A stretch of 64,000 bases of DNA from Nitrososphaeria archaeon (GTDB lineage Archaea > Thermoproteota > Nitrososphaeria > JACIWG01): contig CAVVXT010000019.1 in NCBI GenBank assembly GCA_963752255.1, forward strand, positions 384,001 through 448,000, written 5' to 3'. The notes under the pieces were generated by a model that searched no databases, was not told the origin of the DNA, and was given only the letters and a program-made list of their open reading frames with translations. Below are positions 40,196 to 50,619 of the stretch, piece by piece. Both the position numbers and the translations under genes were made by a program. Position 1 is the stretch's first letter, and each line of letters starts with the position of its first letter.

Positions 40196-41398
40196 TCATA
40201 TTACTCCTAATTTCTTACCTACTTTCTCAAATGCTCTTAGAGCTAGGTCCAAATCATTTGTGGTGTGCTTTGCGTTGACTTGGGTTCTTATTCTTGCGGT
40301 TCCTTGTGCAACCATAGGATGGACTATCGGTAGTGCGTAGATATCCTCTTTGAATATTTCTTCTGCCATTTGGTTTGCGCGTGTGTTATCGCCGACTATG
40401 ATTGGGGTTATTGGTGTCTCGCTTTGGCCGGTGTTGAAGCCTAGTTTCTTCAGTCCTTCTTTAAAGTATTTTGTATTTTTCCACAACGATTCTATAAGCT
40501 GTGGTTCTTCTTCACATACTTCTAGAGCTGCCCTGCATGCTGCAGCTATCGGAGGAGGAGTTGACCCAGTTAACAGATAGGTTCTGGCGGTATTCTTCAA
40601 ATAATCAACTACATCTTTGCCTGCTGCAAGATACCCTCCGACGACACCGTATGCTTTGCTGAATGTGCCCATTTCGATTATATCTTCTCTTTCTAGCCCG
40701 AAATGGTTTACAACTCCTCTTCCTGCTTCACCTAGAACGCCATCACCGTGTGCATCATCCACATAAAGAGCGGCACTATACTGCTTGGCAACCTTATTTA
40801 ATTGAGGTACTGGAGCGATATCTCCATCCATACTAAAGACCCCGTCCGTTATAATGAATATCCTGTTATATTTTGAACCGTTCTGTTCAAGTAGCTCCTC
40901 CAGTTTTTCAAAATTTTTGTGAGGGTAGATCATTCTTTCTGCCCTAGATAATCTGACTCCATCTATTATTGACCCATGGTTTAGCTCATCGCTTATTATG
41001 AGATCCCCTTGTCCTGCAAGTGCAGGGATTGATCCAGAATTGACCATGAAACCTGAGGGGAAGACTATCGAAGCCTCTTTTTTCTTATATTCTGCGAGCT
41101 TCTCCTCTAATTCTAGATGTAACCGCATGGTTCCTGAGATCGGCCTAACAGAGCCAGAACCTACACCATATTTCCTGATAGCTTCCCTAGCTGCCTTGAT
41201 CAATTTGGGATGAGTTGAAAGACTCAAATAATTGTTTGAAGATAAAACCAAAACTTTTCTTCCTTGCACCTGAGCCCAGACAGCAGAAGGGCCCTCTAAC
41301 GTTCTAGGCCTCCAAAGAAGGTTATTTACTTCCATATCCTTTAATTTCTGCCTGATGGATGAATGAAAATCTCTATTAGGTGGAGTCTGAGAAGACAT
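40196..41398 (-). CDS. kbl: glycine C-acetyltransferase (2-amino-3-ketobutyrate CoA ligase; class II PLP enzyme)
   Basis: SNNYL, LNHGSIIDG, DGVFSMDGD, DDAHG, GTFSKA; directly downstream of threonine dehydrogenase. Confidence 0.85.
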   Translation of the reverse strand: MSSQTPPNRDFHSSIRQKLKDMEVNNLLWRPRTLEGPSAVWAQVQGRKVLVLSSNNYLSLSTHPKLIKAAREAIRKYGVGSGSVRPISGTMRLHLELEEKLAEYKKKEASIVFPSGFMVNSGSIPALAGQGDLIISDELNHGSIIDGVRLSRAERMIYPHKNFEKLEELLEQNGSKYNRIFIITDGVFSMDGDIAPVPQLNKVAKQYSAALYVDDAHGDGVLGEAGRGVVNHFGLEREDIIEMGTFSKAYGVVGGYLAAGKDVVDYLKNTARTYLLTGSTPPPIAAACRAALEVCEEEPQLIESLWKNTKYFKEGLKKLGFNTGQSETPITPIIVGDNTRANQMAEEIFKEDIYALPIVHPMVAQGTARIRTQVNAKHTTNDLDLALRAFEKVGKKLGVI

Positions 41399-41436
41399 GG
41401 CTTACTCGGAGCACAGCCCCTATTTATAATTTATTT

Positions 41437-42411
41437 CTAACTATTTCCATCAGCGAAGCGCTTTCCCAACTTTTCAATCATATCCTTTACCATGGAAGCC
41501 ATGTTGTAGCGGGGCTTCCAACCCCATTCTTTCCTTGCCACACTATCATCTAGAGACATCGGCCACGAATCCGCGATCTTCTGCCTGAAATCAGGTTTGT
41601 AATTGCATTCGAAATCAGGAACATATCTTTTGATTTCCAACGCCAATTCGCTTGCAGAAAAGCTCATTCCAGCTAGATTGTACGAAGTACGACACTTTAT
41701 GCTTGAAGTATCAGCTTCCATCAAATCCAAGGTCGCTTTGATGCAATCAGGCATATACATCATAGGTAGGACTGTATCCCCTCTTACAAAGCATGTATAC
41801 CTTTTATCCTTAAGAGCTTTGTAAAATATTTCTACAGCATAGTCCGTAGTACCTCCACCTGGAGGTGTTTCGCTGCTTACTATACCAGGGTAGCGAACAC
41901 TACGGATATCCAACCCATACTTTTGGTGATAATAGTTGCACAACAGTTCTCCTGCCACCTTAGACACGCCATACATAGTTCCTGGGATCAAAACTGTCTC
42001 CTGAGGTGTATTAACCCGTGGTGCTGAAGGACCGAAGACCGCGATAGAGCTGGGCCAAAAGACTCGATATAGTCCCCGCTCCTTTGATATTTCAAGTATG
42101 TTGTAGAGCCCAGTCATGTTAACATTCCAGGCGAGTTTAGGGTCCTTTTCACCTGTTGCTGAGAGAATAGCTGCTAGGTGATAGATCGTGTTAATATCAT
42201 GTTCTTTGATAATTTTCTCTATACTACCCTTATCAGTAACATCGATGTACTCGAATGGGCCAGACTTCAACTTCTCATCGAGTTGTCGCCTATGCCCTGC
42301 AGTGACCACATTCTTGCTACCATATTTTCTTCGTAATTCAATCGAAAGTTCGGAACCGATCTGACCTGTTGAACCAGTCACCAAAATTTTTTTCATCTTA
42401 TCTGCTGGCAT
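41437..42411 (-). CDS. tdh: L-threonine 3-dehydrogenase (SDR type)
   Basis: TGSTGQIG, HLAAILSATGE, PSSIAVFG, YGVSK, PGGGTTDYAV, LPMMYMPD. Confidence 0.88.
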   Translation of the reverse strand: MPADKMKKILVTGSTGQIGSELSIELRRKYGSKNVVTAGHRRQLDEKLKSGPFEYIDVTDKGSIEKIIKEHDINTIYHLAAILSATGEKDPKLAWNVNMTGLYNILEISKERGLYRVFWPSSIAVFGPSAPRVNTPQETVLIPGTMYGVSKVAGELLCNYYHQKYGLDIRSVRYPGIVSSETPPGGGTTDYAVEIFYKALKDKRYTCFVRGDTVLPMMYMPDCIKATLDLMEADTSSIKCRTSYNLAGMSFSASELALEIKRYVPDFECNYKPDFRQKIADSWPMSLDDSVARKEWGWKPRYNMASMVKDMIEKLGKRFADGNS

Positions 42412-42547
42412 AGGACCTTGTTTTCCCTTTGAGGAAATAAACCTTTTCAGCTAAACCTTATTCTTTTGGCTGATAAAGTCTTCTTTGTCGCCTGATAGTT
42501 GGTAGTACAACTCAATGTACATCTACCAAAGAGTTATAGAACTGTTT

Positions 42548-43138
42548 CTAAGATTCACTTGTTTCTTGTTCTTTCGGTTCCCCCTGTGGAGTCGCGAGCA
42601 GTAATGTCAGAAGAGACTTGAAGTCCACTTCCACTAGGCTTCTCCAACCTATCGAAAGCGTATCATCATCGTTATGTATAATGTACCCCTTTCTGACGAA
42701 CCTTCTCATGTTCCATTCAACCTTCCACTTTGGCAGCTTATCTTTCAGCATCCTCTCCACTTCGTTCGCAGGCGCCTTTCCTCGTTTGGACGTCAGATAG
42801 CTCAGGGTGATCGCTAACGCGGCCATATCGTCGACGCTCATCCCCGAAGGGCTAGCCTCCCTTGTTGGGAGAGGTTCCTTGAATACTATGTAATACCTCG
42901 CATCATCCAGCTGTTCAGGTTCGACCTGAGGGGGCAGCTCACCGGTTTCTCCCACCACCTTGATTACAAGACCGAGTTTGTCCAGCTCAGTGCCGAGGAC
43001 CTGGATTATTGAATAGTAGTCTTTTCCAACCGCCCTTTTCAGTTCCCAACCCTTGACACCGGGGGCTCTGGCTTTGGGCGTAAGTATGACCTGAAGCGCC
43101 TTCTTGGTTTTTATCGCTACTTCTGCTTCATCGCTCAT
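42548..43138 (-). CDS. kite subunit (tandem winged helix; Nse1/Nse3-MAGE/ScpB-like)
   Basis: two WH-like halves; C-terminal IGWRSLVEVD resembles the GxRxxxE motif of Nse1/Nse3; ATGA overlap with kleisin gene. Confidence 0.7.
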   Translation of the reverse strand: MSDEAEVAIKTKKALQVILTPKARAPGVKGWELKRAVGKDYYSIIQVLGTELDKLGLVIKVVGETGELPPQVEPEQLDDARYYIVFKEPLPTREASPSGMSVDDMAALAITLSYLTSKRGKAPANEVERMLKDKLPKWKVEWNMRRFVRKGYIIHNDDDTLSIGWRSLVEVDFKSLLTLLLATPQGEPKEQETSES

Positions 43139-43905
43139 TTTTCCCTTTCACCTCTTGTAGGTAAAATGGCTATCGCCATAGATTTGGGGTGCTTGTCAGC
43201 ATTATGCTTTACGATGAAAATGTTCTCTTCCAGAGGCTTGATCTCTAGGCTTGCACGTCCAGAAGATATTACATGAGAAAGTATCACGGCCCTTGTGACC
43301 GTCTCGTTCAGGTCTTTTCCACGTATGAACTTCCAGTAGTCGACCCTTCCCTGCGTCTCGAGCATAGAAACCAGCTCCCCGTAGACCTCCTCTATCCTCT
43401 TGTTGAGTTCCTCTTCTGTCAAGACCTTCATCTCGACCAGACTTGTCGCATTCAGAGAGGCAAGTCCCCTTTCTTGACCAAATTCTTCCCTGTACCGCTC
43501 CCCCAAGGGTAGTAGGACATTCCAGTAGTCGACGGCCCGCATCAGTTCCCTTATAGAGACCTGCTCCACCTTGAGTATCGGGTGCCAGCTTCCCGTGAAT
43601 ACTTCGGCCAGCCTCTCGGGAGCTGACGCAACTATCTTCAACTCGACGAGCAGTGGGTCAACGTAGAGGGATGACGCCTGGTATCTGACCCATTTTTCCT
43701 GAAGCTCAACGATCCTCGACAGCAGGTTCAACGCTTCGACGTCCATGAGAATTTCCCCAAGCTCCTTCCATTCCGGAAGAAGCTTCCTTAGGGTCTCCAC
43801 TTGGGCTTTGACGTCGACATTAAACGGGTCGGAGCTGCTTCCAATGACTGTTCTCAGGGCTTCGACAACCCTTAGCACCTTTTCTATCTTTTCATCATTT
43901 GGCAA
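43135..43905 (-). CDS. kleisin (ScpA/Nse4-like)
   Basis: N-terminal DPFNVDV (cf. archaeal ScpA DPWxIDI); C-terminal WH AVILSHVISSGRASLE...IFI; overlaps SMC stop. Confidence 0.7.
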   Translation of the reverse strand: MPNDEKIEKVLRVVEALRTVIGSSSDPFNVDVKAQVETLRKLLPEWKELGEILMDVEALNLLSRIVELQEKWVRYQASSLYVDPLLVELKIVASAPERLAEVFTGSWHPILKVEQVSIRELMRAVDYWNVLLPLGERYREEFGQERGLASLNATSLVEMKVLTEEELNKRIEEVYGELVSMLETQGRVDYWKFIRGKDLNETVTRAVILSHVISSGRASLEIKPLEENIFIVKHNADKHPKSMAIAILPTRGEREK

Positions 43906-45907
43906 TTACACCGACCTCCGTCTTACCTTCGATCGTTTGGGTAACAACGTAGTTTATGTCATCGCCCATGATCTTGACTTGGCTCGGCGTGATGATCACG
44001 TACTGCTTTTCATCGTCCTGAGCCCTCTGGAATATGGACCTGAAGATTCTCTCCCTGTTGATGGGGTCCATGTGGACATCGAATTCGTCAACAGCCACGA
44101 TAGGCGAGGAGGAGAGCCTTTGTAGGGCCAGCAGAAACGATATTGTAGCTGTGCTTCTTTCCCCTCCGCTCAGGGTGTATGCGTCCAAAATGGCAGGCGT
44201 TGTCCCCCTGAACCCTATGAGAAGCTCAAGCCCCGTCCTTTCGAAGTCTTCTTCGTAGACGAGCCTGATGTATCCGAAGGCGTTCAGCCCTCTTAGGATT
44301 TCCTGATATACCGGGTTCACTGACTCAAGGACTATGTTTATGCCTTCACGCCAGACCTTCTTCCTTTCCTCGAGTTCTGCCAAGATGACCTTCTTGTTCT
44401 CAAGAACCATTTCCAGCCTCCCCTTCAGTTCGTTGTACTTAGACGTATAGGTTTCGAATATGTTCTTCGCTTCATCCGGCACATCAGCGTAAACTTCTAT
44501 CTGCGCGTTAACCGACGAAAGTTCCGAGTCGATCTCGTTCAGCTGCCTATTTGGAGCCACTCTCGGTTCCATCGATGGTTTTTGAAGCTCGAGGGCAGCC
44601 AACTCCTCCTTAAGCTCTCGAAGACCTCGTTCCAGTTCAGCCAGCTCTGTCTCTAACTGCTTTCTTTTATAGGATAGAAGCGTGAGGTTCGCTTTTTCTT
44701 CCGCGTATTCCTTTACTAGGTTGAACATCCCCCCTTCATTCTGAGAAAGAGATTTTTCGATCATTTCTATCTCGTTAGATGTATCCACACCCTTTCGAGC
44801 CTCTATTTCCACTTCTTTATTCCATGAATCAACCAGCAAGGTCAGGTCTCTTTGTAATGTCTTAAGATCGCTTGCTTCGGTCCTGCTGTTTACAAGATAT
44901 TTCTCAACTGTGCTCGATATCATTTCAAAGGACTTGATGATCTCAGAAAGTGTTTTTCTTCTTACATCAGAAGAGCTTTTATCTGATCCTAGAAAAGTCA
45001 ATGCGCTAAAGGACTTCTTGAGCTGATTGTATGACGTGTGGAAATCCGTTTCTAGATTCTTTGACCTTTCCTCCGACCCTTTCACCTTCGATGAGAGTTC
45101 ACCCACTTCTCTTTTCTTGATATCCAGCCTGTTCAAGGTAACGTCGATGCTTTTTTCCACTCTTGCCATTTGAACCCAGAACTTTTCTTTGGCCAATGCT
45201 TCTCTCCTTGTAACAAGCTCCTGTTTCTTTAGGAATCGCGCGTAAACGTCCTTCCAATGAGTTAAAGTCTCTTCAGCCATTCCCATCAGCTGCTTTATTG
45301 AGCTCTCTTCGCTGACCAAAGTCTGAAGCCTTTTCTGGGAGTCTAGAACCTTCTCCCTGTATCCCGTTAACCCAACCACTTCCTCGACCATCCTTAGCTT
45401 GTCCCCTGCGTCGACTATGGCAAATTCTTCAACCATACCCTGATGCATTATTAGCAGCATGTTGTCTGGGTTGATGTTCAGACCCGCCAGGATTTCCTTA
45501 ACTTCGGCGGAGCTCACCTCTTTGTAGTCTGCTTCAAACCAGTACGACCCATCCTTCCTCAAATATCTTGAGAGCATAAAGGAGTCAGACCTGGAGTATG
45601 GAACAGGCCTTTTACCGTCAACAGGCTTATTGTCGAAGATTATGGTAACCCTTCCTAGATCTTTATCGCGCCTGATGAGGTCGCTTAACTTTCTCGACCG
45701 CTCCGTGTAAATCTGGCCCATTGCAACGGATATTCCCAATAATATGGAGGATTTTCCTGACCCGTTAGGACCACAGATGATATTCAATCCCTTGATAAGC
45801 GGAACACGTGCATACTCGTATGACATGAAGTTCTCTAAGATGATTTCGTGAATACTAGTATTAGATCTTCTCTCAGCTTTTAGTTCCTTTTCTTTTGTCT
45901 GCAACAA
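43895..45907 (-). CDS. short SMC-family ATPase of SMC5/6 / coalescin type
   Basis: LENFMSY, GPNGSGKSS, Q-loop MHQG, long coiled coil, LSGGERS, VDEFDVHMDPIN, QYVIITP. Confidence 0.88.
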   Translation of the reverse strand: MLQTKEKELKAERRSNTSIHEIILENFMSYEYARVPLIKGLNIICGPNGSGKSSILLGISVAMGQIYTERSRKLSDLIRRDKDLGRVTIIFDNKPVDGKRPVPYSRSDSFMLSRYLRKDGSYWFEADYKEVSSAEVKEILAGLNINPDNMLLIMHQGMVEEFAIVDAGDKLRMVEEVVGLTGYREKVLDSQKRLQTLVSEESSIKQLMGMAEETLTHWKDVYARFLKKQELVTRREALAKEKFWVQMARVEKSIDVTLNRLDIKKREVGELSSKVKGSEERSKNLETDFHTSYNQLKKSFSALTFLGSDKSSSDVRRKTLSEIIKSFEMISSTVEKYLVNSRTEASDLKTLQRDLTLLVDSWNKEVEIEARKGVDTSNEIEMIEKSLSQNEGGMFNLVKEYAEEKANLTLLSYKRKQLETELAELERGLRELKEELAALELQKPSMEPRVAPNRQLNEIDSELSSVNAQIEVYADVPDEAKNIFETYTSKYNELKGRLEMVLENKKVILAELEERKKVWREGINIVLESVNPVYQEILRGLNAFGYIRLVYEEDFERTGLELLIGFRGTTPAILDAYTLSGGERSTATISFLLALQRLSSSPIVAVDEFDVHMDPINRERIFRSIFQRAQDDEKQYVIITPSQVKIMGDDINYVVTQTIEGKTEVGVIAK

Positions 45908-45983
45908 CAGACCATACTTTCCATTTTACTTTAAAGTTTCTATATTGTTATACTTAAGGAGAAGTGAAAGTTGTATATTATGT

Positions 45984-46063
45984 AATTGGCAAGACTTAAA
46001 TAAATTATAGCAACACTATCAGATCAATTCAGTGAATATTAATGAAGTACAAGCGTCTTGGAA
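45984..46063 (+). repeat. 80-bp direct repeat copy 1 (promoter plus first 7 codons of the aldo/keto reductase gene)
   Basis: 78/80 identical to 48369-48448. Confidence 0.9.
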
Positions 46064-46479
46064 GAGATAAGGATGAACTATGAAATACCACATCTAAGAG
46101 AATTATATCATAAGCTCAGATGCACCCCTAAAATAAGATTTAAGGATAGAATTAAAAACTCTTTGATGATCTAAAAGAATCATTTTCTTCCTGATGGTTG
46201 ATGATGAGCGTTGATGATTGTTGACAGTTGAAAAATTATCTGTTGACATATTGTATTTTAAAGCCTTAGGAAAAGCCCTAAGGAAAAGGGCCTAAGCCTT
46301 TCTCTGGTATGACAAGTTTTATATTTCTTTAATACAAAACAACATTAATGTACATCTTCTAGCTTTAACTCCGAAACCCTTACAAAAGACTCGGTGCTGA
46401 CCCTACGCTGTTCAATTGGCAAGTGGGCCACTTTGCCCAAGGAGCCGAAATGCAGGTCCCCTACTCCTTACCGGAGTTC

Positions 46480-47719
46480 CTAAACGTCTGTCGGATCTTT
46501 ACCGAAGGTCTTCCTGTAGAGCTCGTGGAGATTCCGCTCCCAAGAGGTCAAGCTCGTTATCGGCAGACTTATTGGCGCCATGCCTTTGAGACTAGACTCG
46601 TACATGGCCACGCACATCTCGATATCCTTTTTACCTTGGATACCGTAGACTGGTGATTTATCCTTGACGCAAGCATTCGCTATACTCATCACACAGTTAG
46701 CAAATCCAGTACCCCACTCTGTAGAAACCACATCGGCATAGGGGTTTTCGTAGACGATCGGCGGGTCCGTCCACACTACAACCTTCTCGACGGACAAGTC
46801 TGCTACGGCACCAGGCGCCCAGTACACTGTTTGTACAGGTATATCGATGTTCCTTATCGTCGGGCGCCTTATCGTCGCGCGCGTGTTCTTATCCTCGAGC
46901 ACGGCTTTATTTTCAGAAAGCAATGTAAGCTCGGCAGGCCCATTGTTTAATCTGCCCCGCATGTGGATGACTCCCTTTGTACCTACAACTTCCCTGTAAT
47001 TGACCTTGCCCGCTGTCCCCATTCCGAGCTCTGCAGATGCCGACAGCTCCGTTCTCGAATTCCACGGTCGCGTGGCCCCAATCATCGAATTCTTCTCCTG
47101 GCGTACAGACCTTCGTCTTTGCAACGACCTTCTTGGCGTCACTTCCAGCGAATCTCCGTATTTGAGACATGCGGTGCACACCCATGTCATGCAGTCTAAA
47201 TACAGCTGAGTGGGCGCTGAAGGCAGACCCATTTCCAATAGCTGGAGAAGGGTCAATGGCATAGGTCCGAGCAATGTCTCCGATCACACCTTGGTCTACT
47301 ACCTTCTTCATAGCCAGCTCCAAAGTAGTCCCCCAGTAGTTCTCAGCACACTCCCAGTAGACACTAGCTTTCTTACATGCGTTTATGACCATGTCGAAGC
47401 ATGGGAGCGACATTGCGAATGGCTTCTCGACTAGGACGGACTTCCCGTGCTCGGCTGCCAACTTCGCTAAAGCGTGATGATTGAAGTCTTCAGTTGCAAT
47501 GTATACGAAGTCCAGATCCCTGTCCAACATCTTCTCTAACGATGTGGAATAGGGTACGTGATACTTCTTGCCAATAGCTTTCGCCCTATCTTCAACAATG
47601 TCGCAGACTGCGGCGAGCTCTATAAGTCCTCCAGCGTGCAATTCAGCGATGGTCCGGAGGTGCCATTGACCAATCCAACCGCATCCAATAACACCCACTT
47701 TAGCCCTTTTCTCCGACAT
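46480..47719 (-). pseudogene. Gfo/Idh/MocA oxidoreductase split by one frameshift
   Basis: GVIGCGWIG, VLVEKP, HDMGVH in 47719-47030; continues as ELGMGTAGK...EVVGTKG in the +1 frame. Confidence 0.85.
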
Positions 47720-47915
47720 ACAATCACTCCTTTATTCAATATCTTGTACTTAACTTTTCTTCTGTACATATGGGGACATCAACAGTGCTTGTAACTGTAA
47801 GCATAGCGTCAACTTTTTTAGGTGGAACAGGATATCCTCTAACCACATTAGATTATAAGACTTAAGTTTGTTAGCAAGCTTTAACATCATTTGTATTACA
47901 TTGCCAATGAGCTAA

Positions 47916-48368
47916 CTAAAGAATTGCACTGGCTACTTTATGAATTGCATTGATGATATCGTTTATATCTTCATCAGTGAGCAGAGGACTTGTATCAATA
48001 TGAACCGCCTTAGTCATTATACCAACTGACTTTTGGTATCTCATCTTCAAGAATTCACTATTCCTCAAGTATTGTTTCCAGTTCAGAAATACATGCCCAT
48101 CTTTTAAATTGCTCGGATCGCATATTACTCCAGGATAACCTCCACTTTCGGTTCGGATGTTTTCAGCGATTAGCGCGTTCCTGAACTCTATCGCCTTTTC
48201 GGCGCTGTCAACAAAGAAGACGATACAAATAGCAACTTCACCTTCGGGATCGGGGATTCTTCTAAAAGAAATTTGACCTATGTCAGATATACCCTTCTTT
48301 ATCTTGGCTTTATTTTTTCTAAGTTCACTCACAATTCTGTCGAGTTTCCTTATTTGTACTCTCGAAGG
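47916..48368 (-). pseudogene. C-terminal remnant of a DegT/DnrJ/EryC1/StrS aminotransferase
   Basis: RVQIRKLDRIV, FRRIPDPEG, ALIAENI, SPLLTDEDINDIINAIHKV; 5' part absent, cut at repeat copy 2. Confidence 0.7.
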
Positions 48369-48448
48369 AATTGGCAAGACTTAAATAAGTTACAGCAACA
48401 CTATCAGATCAATTCAGTGAATATTAATGAAGTACAAGCGTCTTGGAA
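48369..48448 (+). repeat. 80-bp direct repeat copy 2 (native promoter and start of the aldo/keto reductase gene)
   Basis: 78/80 identical to 45984-46063. Confidence 0.9.
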
Positions 48449-49428
48449 AATGTGGAGTTAATGTTTCAGAAATCTGCTTGGGGACCGCATATTTCGGTTC
48501 TACTGTCGATGAAACTACGGCAACTAGTATCATAAAAAGAGCCGTAGACCTCGGTGTAAACTTTATCGACACAGCAAACATGTACGCTAAAGGAAGATCT
48601 GAAGAGATCGTCGGCAGAGCGATCAAAGGCATAAGAGAACAGATTGTCCTAGCTACAAAAGTAAGACATCGCATGGGCGAAGGCCCCAACGATGAAGGAT
48701 TAAGTCGCAAGCATATAATGTATGCTGTAAAAGAAAGCCTTAGAAGACTGGACACCGATTACATCGATATATTGTACATTCATAGGGCAAGTAACGTCGA
48801 TAACATTGAGGGGATTGTTGGGGAGCCTGTTCCTTTAGAAGAGACCCTTGGTGCTCTTTCTGATCTAGTTCGCTGTGGTAAAGTTCATTATATTGGATGC
48901 TCGAACTTTCCAGCTTGGTTACTATGCAAAGCTTTATGGATTAGTGATGTCTACGATCTTGAGAGCTTTGTAGTTATAGAACCTCTCTATAACCTTCTTA
49001 ACAGAGAGATTGAACGAGAAATAATACCATTATGCATGGATCAAGGAATCGGTATCGTGCCTTACGCCCCATTTGCTGGCGGAGTTCTGTCAGGAAAATA
49101 CAAAGCTGGTGCTCCACCTCCTGCTGGTAGTAGAGCCACCACAAGCCCTAGGTTCTTTGAGATGTACAAAGGGTTATCTTGGGAAAATCCTAACAACACC
49201 AAAATAGTACAGAAACTGGAAGACTTTTCTAAGCAACTTGGACGGCCGTTGATTCAGGTTGCTCTAGCTTGGATGCTGGCTAATCCCGCTATCACAGCAC
49301 CAATTGTCGGCTCGTCAAATGTTCAGCAATTTGAAGAAAGCTTTGGCGCTACCGAGCTTGTTTTAAGTAAAGAGGATCTAGAAAGGATCAACCAAATAGC
49401 TCCTCCGAAAGGCCCCTACTTTACATAG
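48427..49428 (+). CDS. aldo/keto reductase
   Basis: VSEICLGT, FIDTANMY, LATK, SLRRLDTDYID, IGCSN, YNLLNRE. Confidence 0.93.
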   Translation: MKYKRLGKCGVNVSEICLGTAYFGSTVDETTATSIIKRAVDLGVNFIDTANMYAKGRSEEIVGRAIKGIREQIVLATKVRHRMGEGPNDEGLSRKHIMYAVKESLRRLDTDYIDILYIHRASNVDNIEGIVGEPVPLEETLGALSDLVRCGKVHYIGCSNFPAWLLCKALWISDVYDLESFVVIEPLYNLLNREIEREIIPLCMDQGIGIVPYAPFAGGVLSGKYKAGAPPPAGSRATTSPRFFEMYKGLSWENPNNTKIVQKLEDFSKQLGRPLIQVALAWMLANPAITAPIVGSSNVQQFEESFGATELVLSKEDLERINQIAPPKGPYFT

Positions 49429-49525
49429 GACAGATATCAATCTATTCCGATGATTAGAACAAGTTATTATCGTAAAAGTAGCTTATAAAGAATGTCTCAA
49501 ATAACATTTAATTATAAAAGATAAC

Positions 49526-49556
49526 CTCTTGTGATCTATTGGGGGTGATGGTAATC
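49526..49556 (+). repeat. 31-bp direct repeat copy 1
   Basis: CTCTTGTGATCTATTGGGGGTGATGGTAATC; near-identical to 51443-51474. Confidence 0.7.
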
Positions 49557-49644
49557 CCCTTTTCTCTCTTCCAAACAATCTATCTGCTGACAAATAAATG
49601 TATCTTTAAGTATTAGGTATGTCATTGAAAATAGGGTAATAAAA

Positions 49645-50124
49645 TTGGTGGATGTTGGAATACAAGTAGTTCTGTCGATTTTGAATTTTTTGCATCTTTT
49701 TGCAACGGTCATATGGATTGGTGGAATGACAACTAACATGTTAGTTTTGATGCCTTCCATGAGGGAAGCACTGGAACCAGCGATCGCTGGCAGATTTCTT
49801 GGAGTGGTTATGAAGCGGTTCCGCCGCTTAGTATATGGAAGCATCCTTCTTCTACTTCTTTCCGGGGTTCCTTTGGAACTGCTGAATGAGAATGGTAACA
49901 CTTGGAGCCAACTTATCATGGTCAAACACTTATTTGTGATAGCTTTGGTTCTGCTCACTATCTACTCCTTTGAGGTATTAGCTCCTAAAGTGGCCAAGTT
50001 AGCTGCAAAGGGACCTTCGCCTGAATTGGCAAGGCTCCAAAGGCTTCAATTGAGATTAGCCGCCACCGGCTTGCTACTGGGCATAATCATTCTATTATTT
50101 GCAGGCATAGTGACCGCGCTTTGA
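49645..50124 (+). CDS. CopD/DUF4149-like four-TM membrane protein
   Basis: FLHLFATVIWIGG, LLLLSG, MVKH. Confidence 0.7.
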   Translation: MVDVGIQVVLSILNFLHLFATVIWIGGMTTNMLVLMPSMREALEPAIAGRFLGVVMKRFRRLVYGSILLLLLSGVPLELLNENGNTWSQLIMVKHLFVIALVLLTIYSFEVLAPKVAKLAAKGPSPELARLQRLQLRLAATGLLLGIIILLFAGIVTAL

Positions 50125-50619
50125 ATAGCTCTAACTCGTAGCATTAGATAAACTCAACGTTTCAGTTGACCTTAGCTAAATTTTTGGTTTCCTTGGACCA
50201 AACGGCGCTGGAAAACTACGGTTACAATGCTTTACGCTAGAACACCACCAATTATTCCAAAGGTAAAACTTGCTTCTCTGGGCAAGAAATGCTGAGATGA
50301 ACATAGATTTAAGATCATTAACTGAATGTAAGGTTTAGGGTCAATTTTACGTTCTTCTGTTTGCATCAGGCAAAGTTGTTATACTTGGTTTAATAATGAA
50401 ATATTGATCATAAAGACAATGAGCACAGTAATATTTGTAATCAACGACAATAACTAAGCCTGGCATTAAAACCAAGACGATGCACGCAATGACCTAAGAA
50501 GTTCGAACTTCTAAGGTTTCATAAAAGTGCTACCTCCATAATTTCGTGATTTTTGTATCCTTTGTAGCTCTTATGTTCTACAACGAATTTTCTACAATAA
50601 TGCGATAATATCCCCCACT

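Noticed and set aside
42548-45907. Wadjet (JetABCD), MukBEF or Rad50-Mre11
   Set aside because: No Toprim JetD or Mre11 nuclease adjacent, no CxxC hook, the SMC is much shorter than JetC/MukB, and its motifs are SMC5/6-like
46388-46398. tracrRNA-like GCACCGAGTC on the minus strand
   Set aside because: Only 10 nt, the hairpin partner is missing, and no Cas9/IscB/TnpB gene is present
49541-49600. Fluoride riboswitch (GGTGATGGTAATCCCC)
   Set aside because: The first stem is mismatched and the downstream GCURAUG pseudoknot segment is absent; better read as a ribosome site plus start codon
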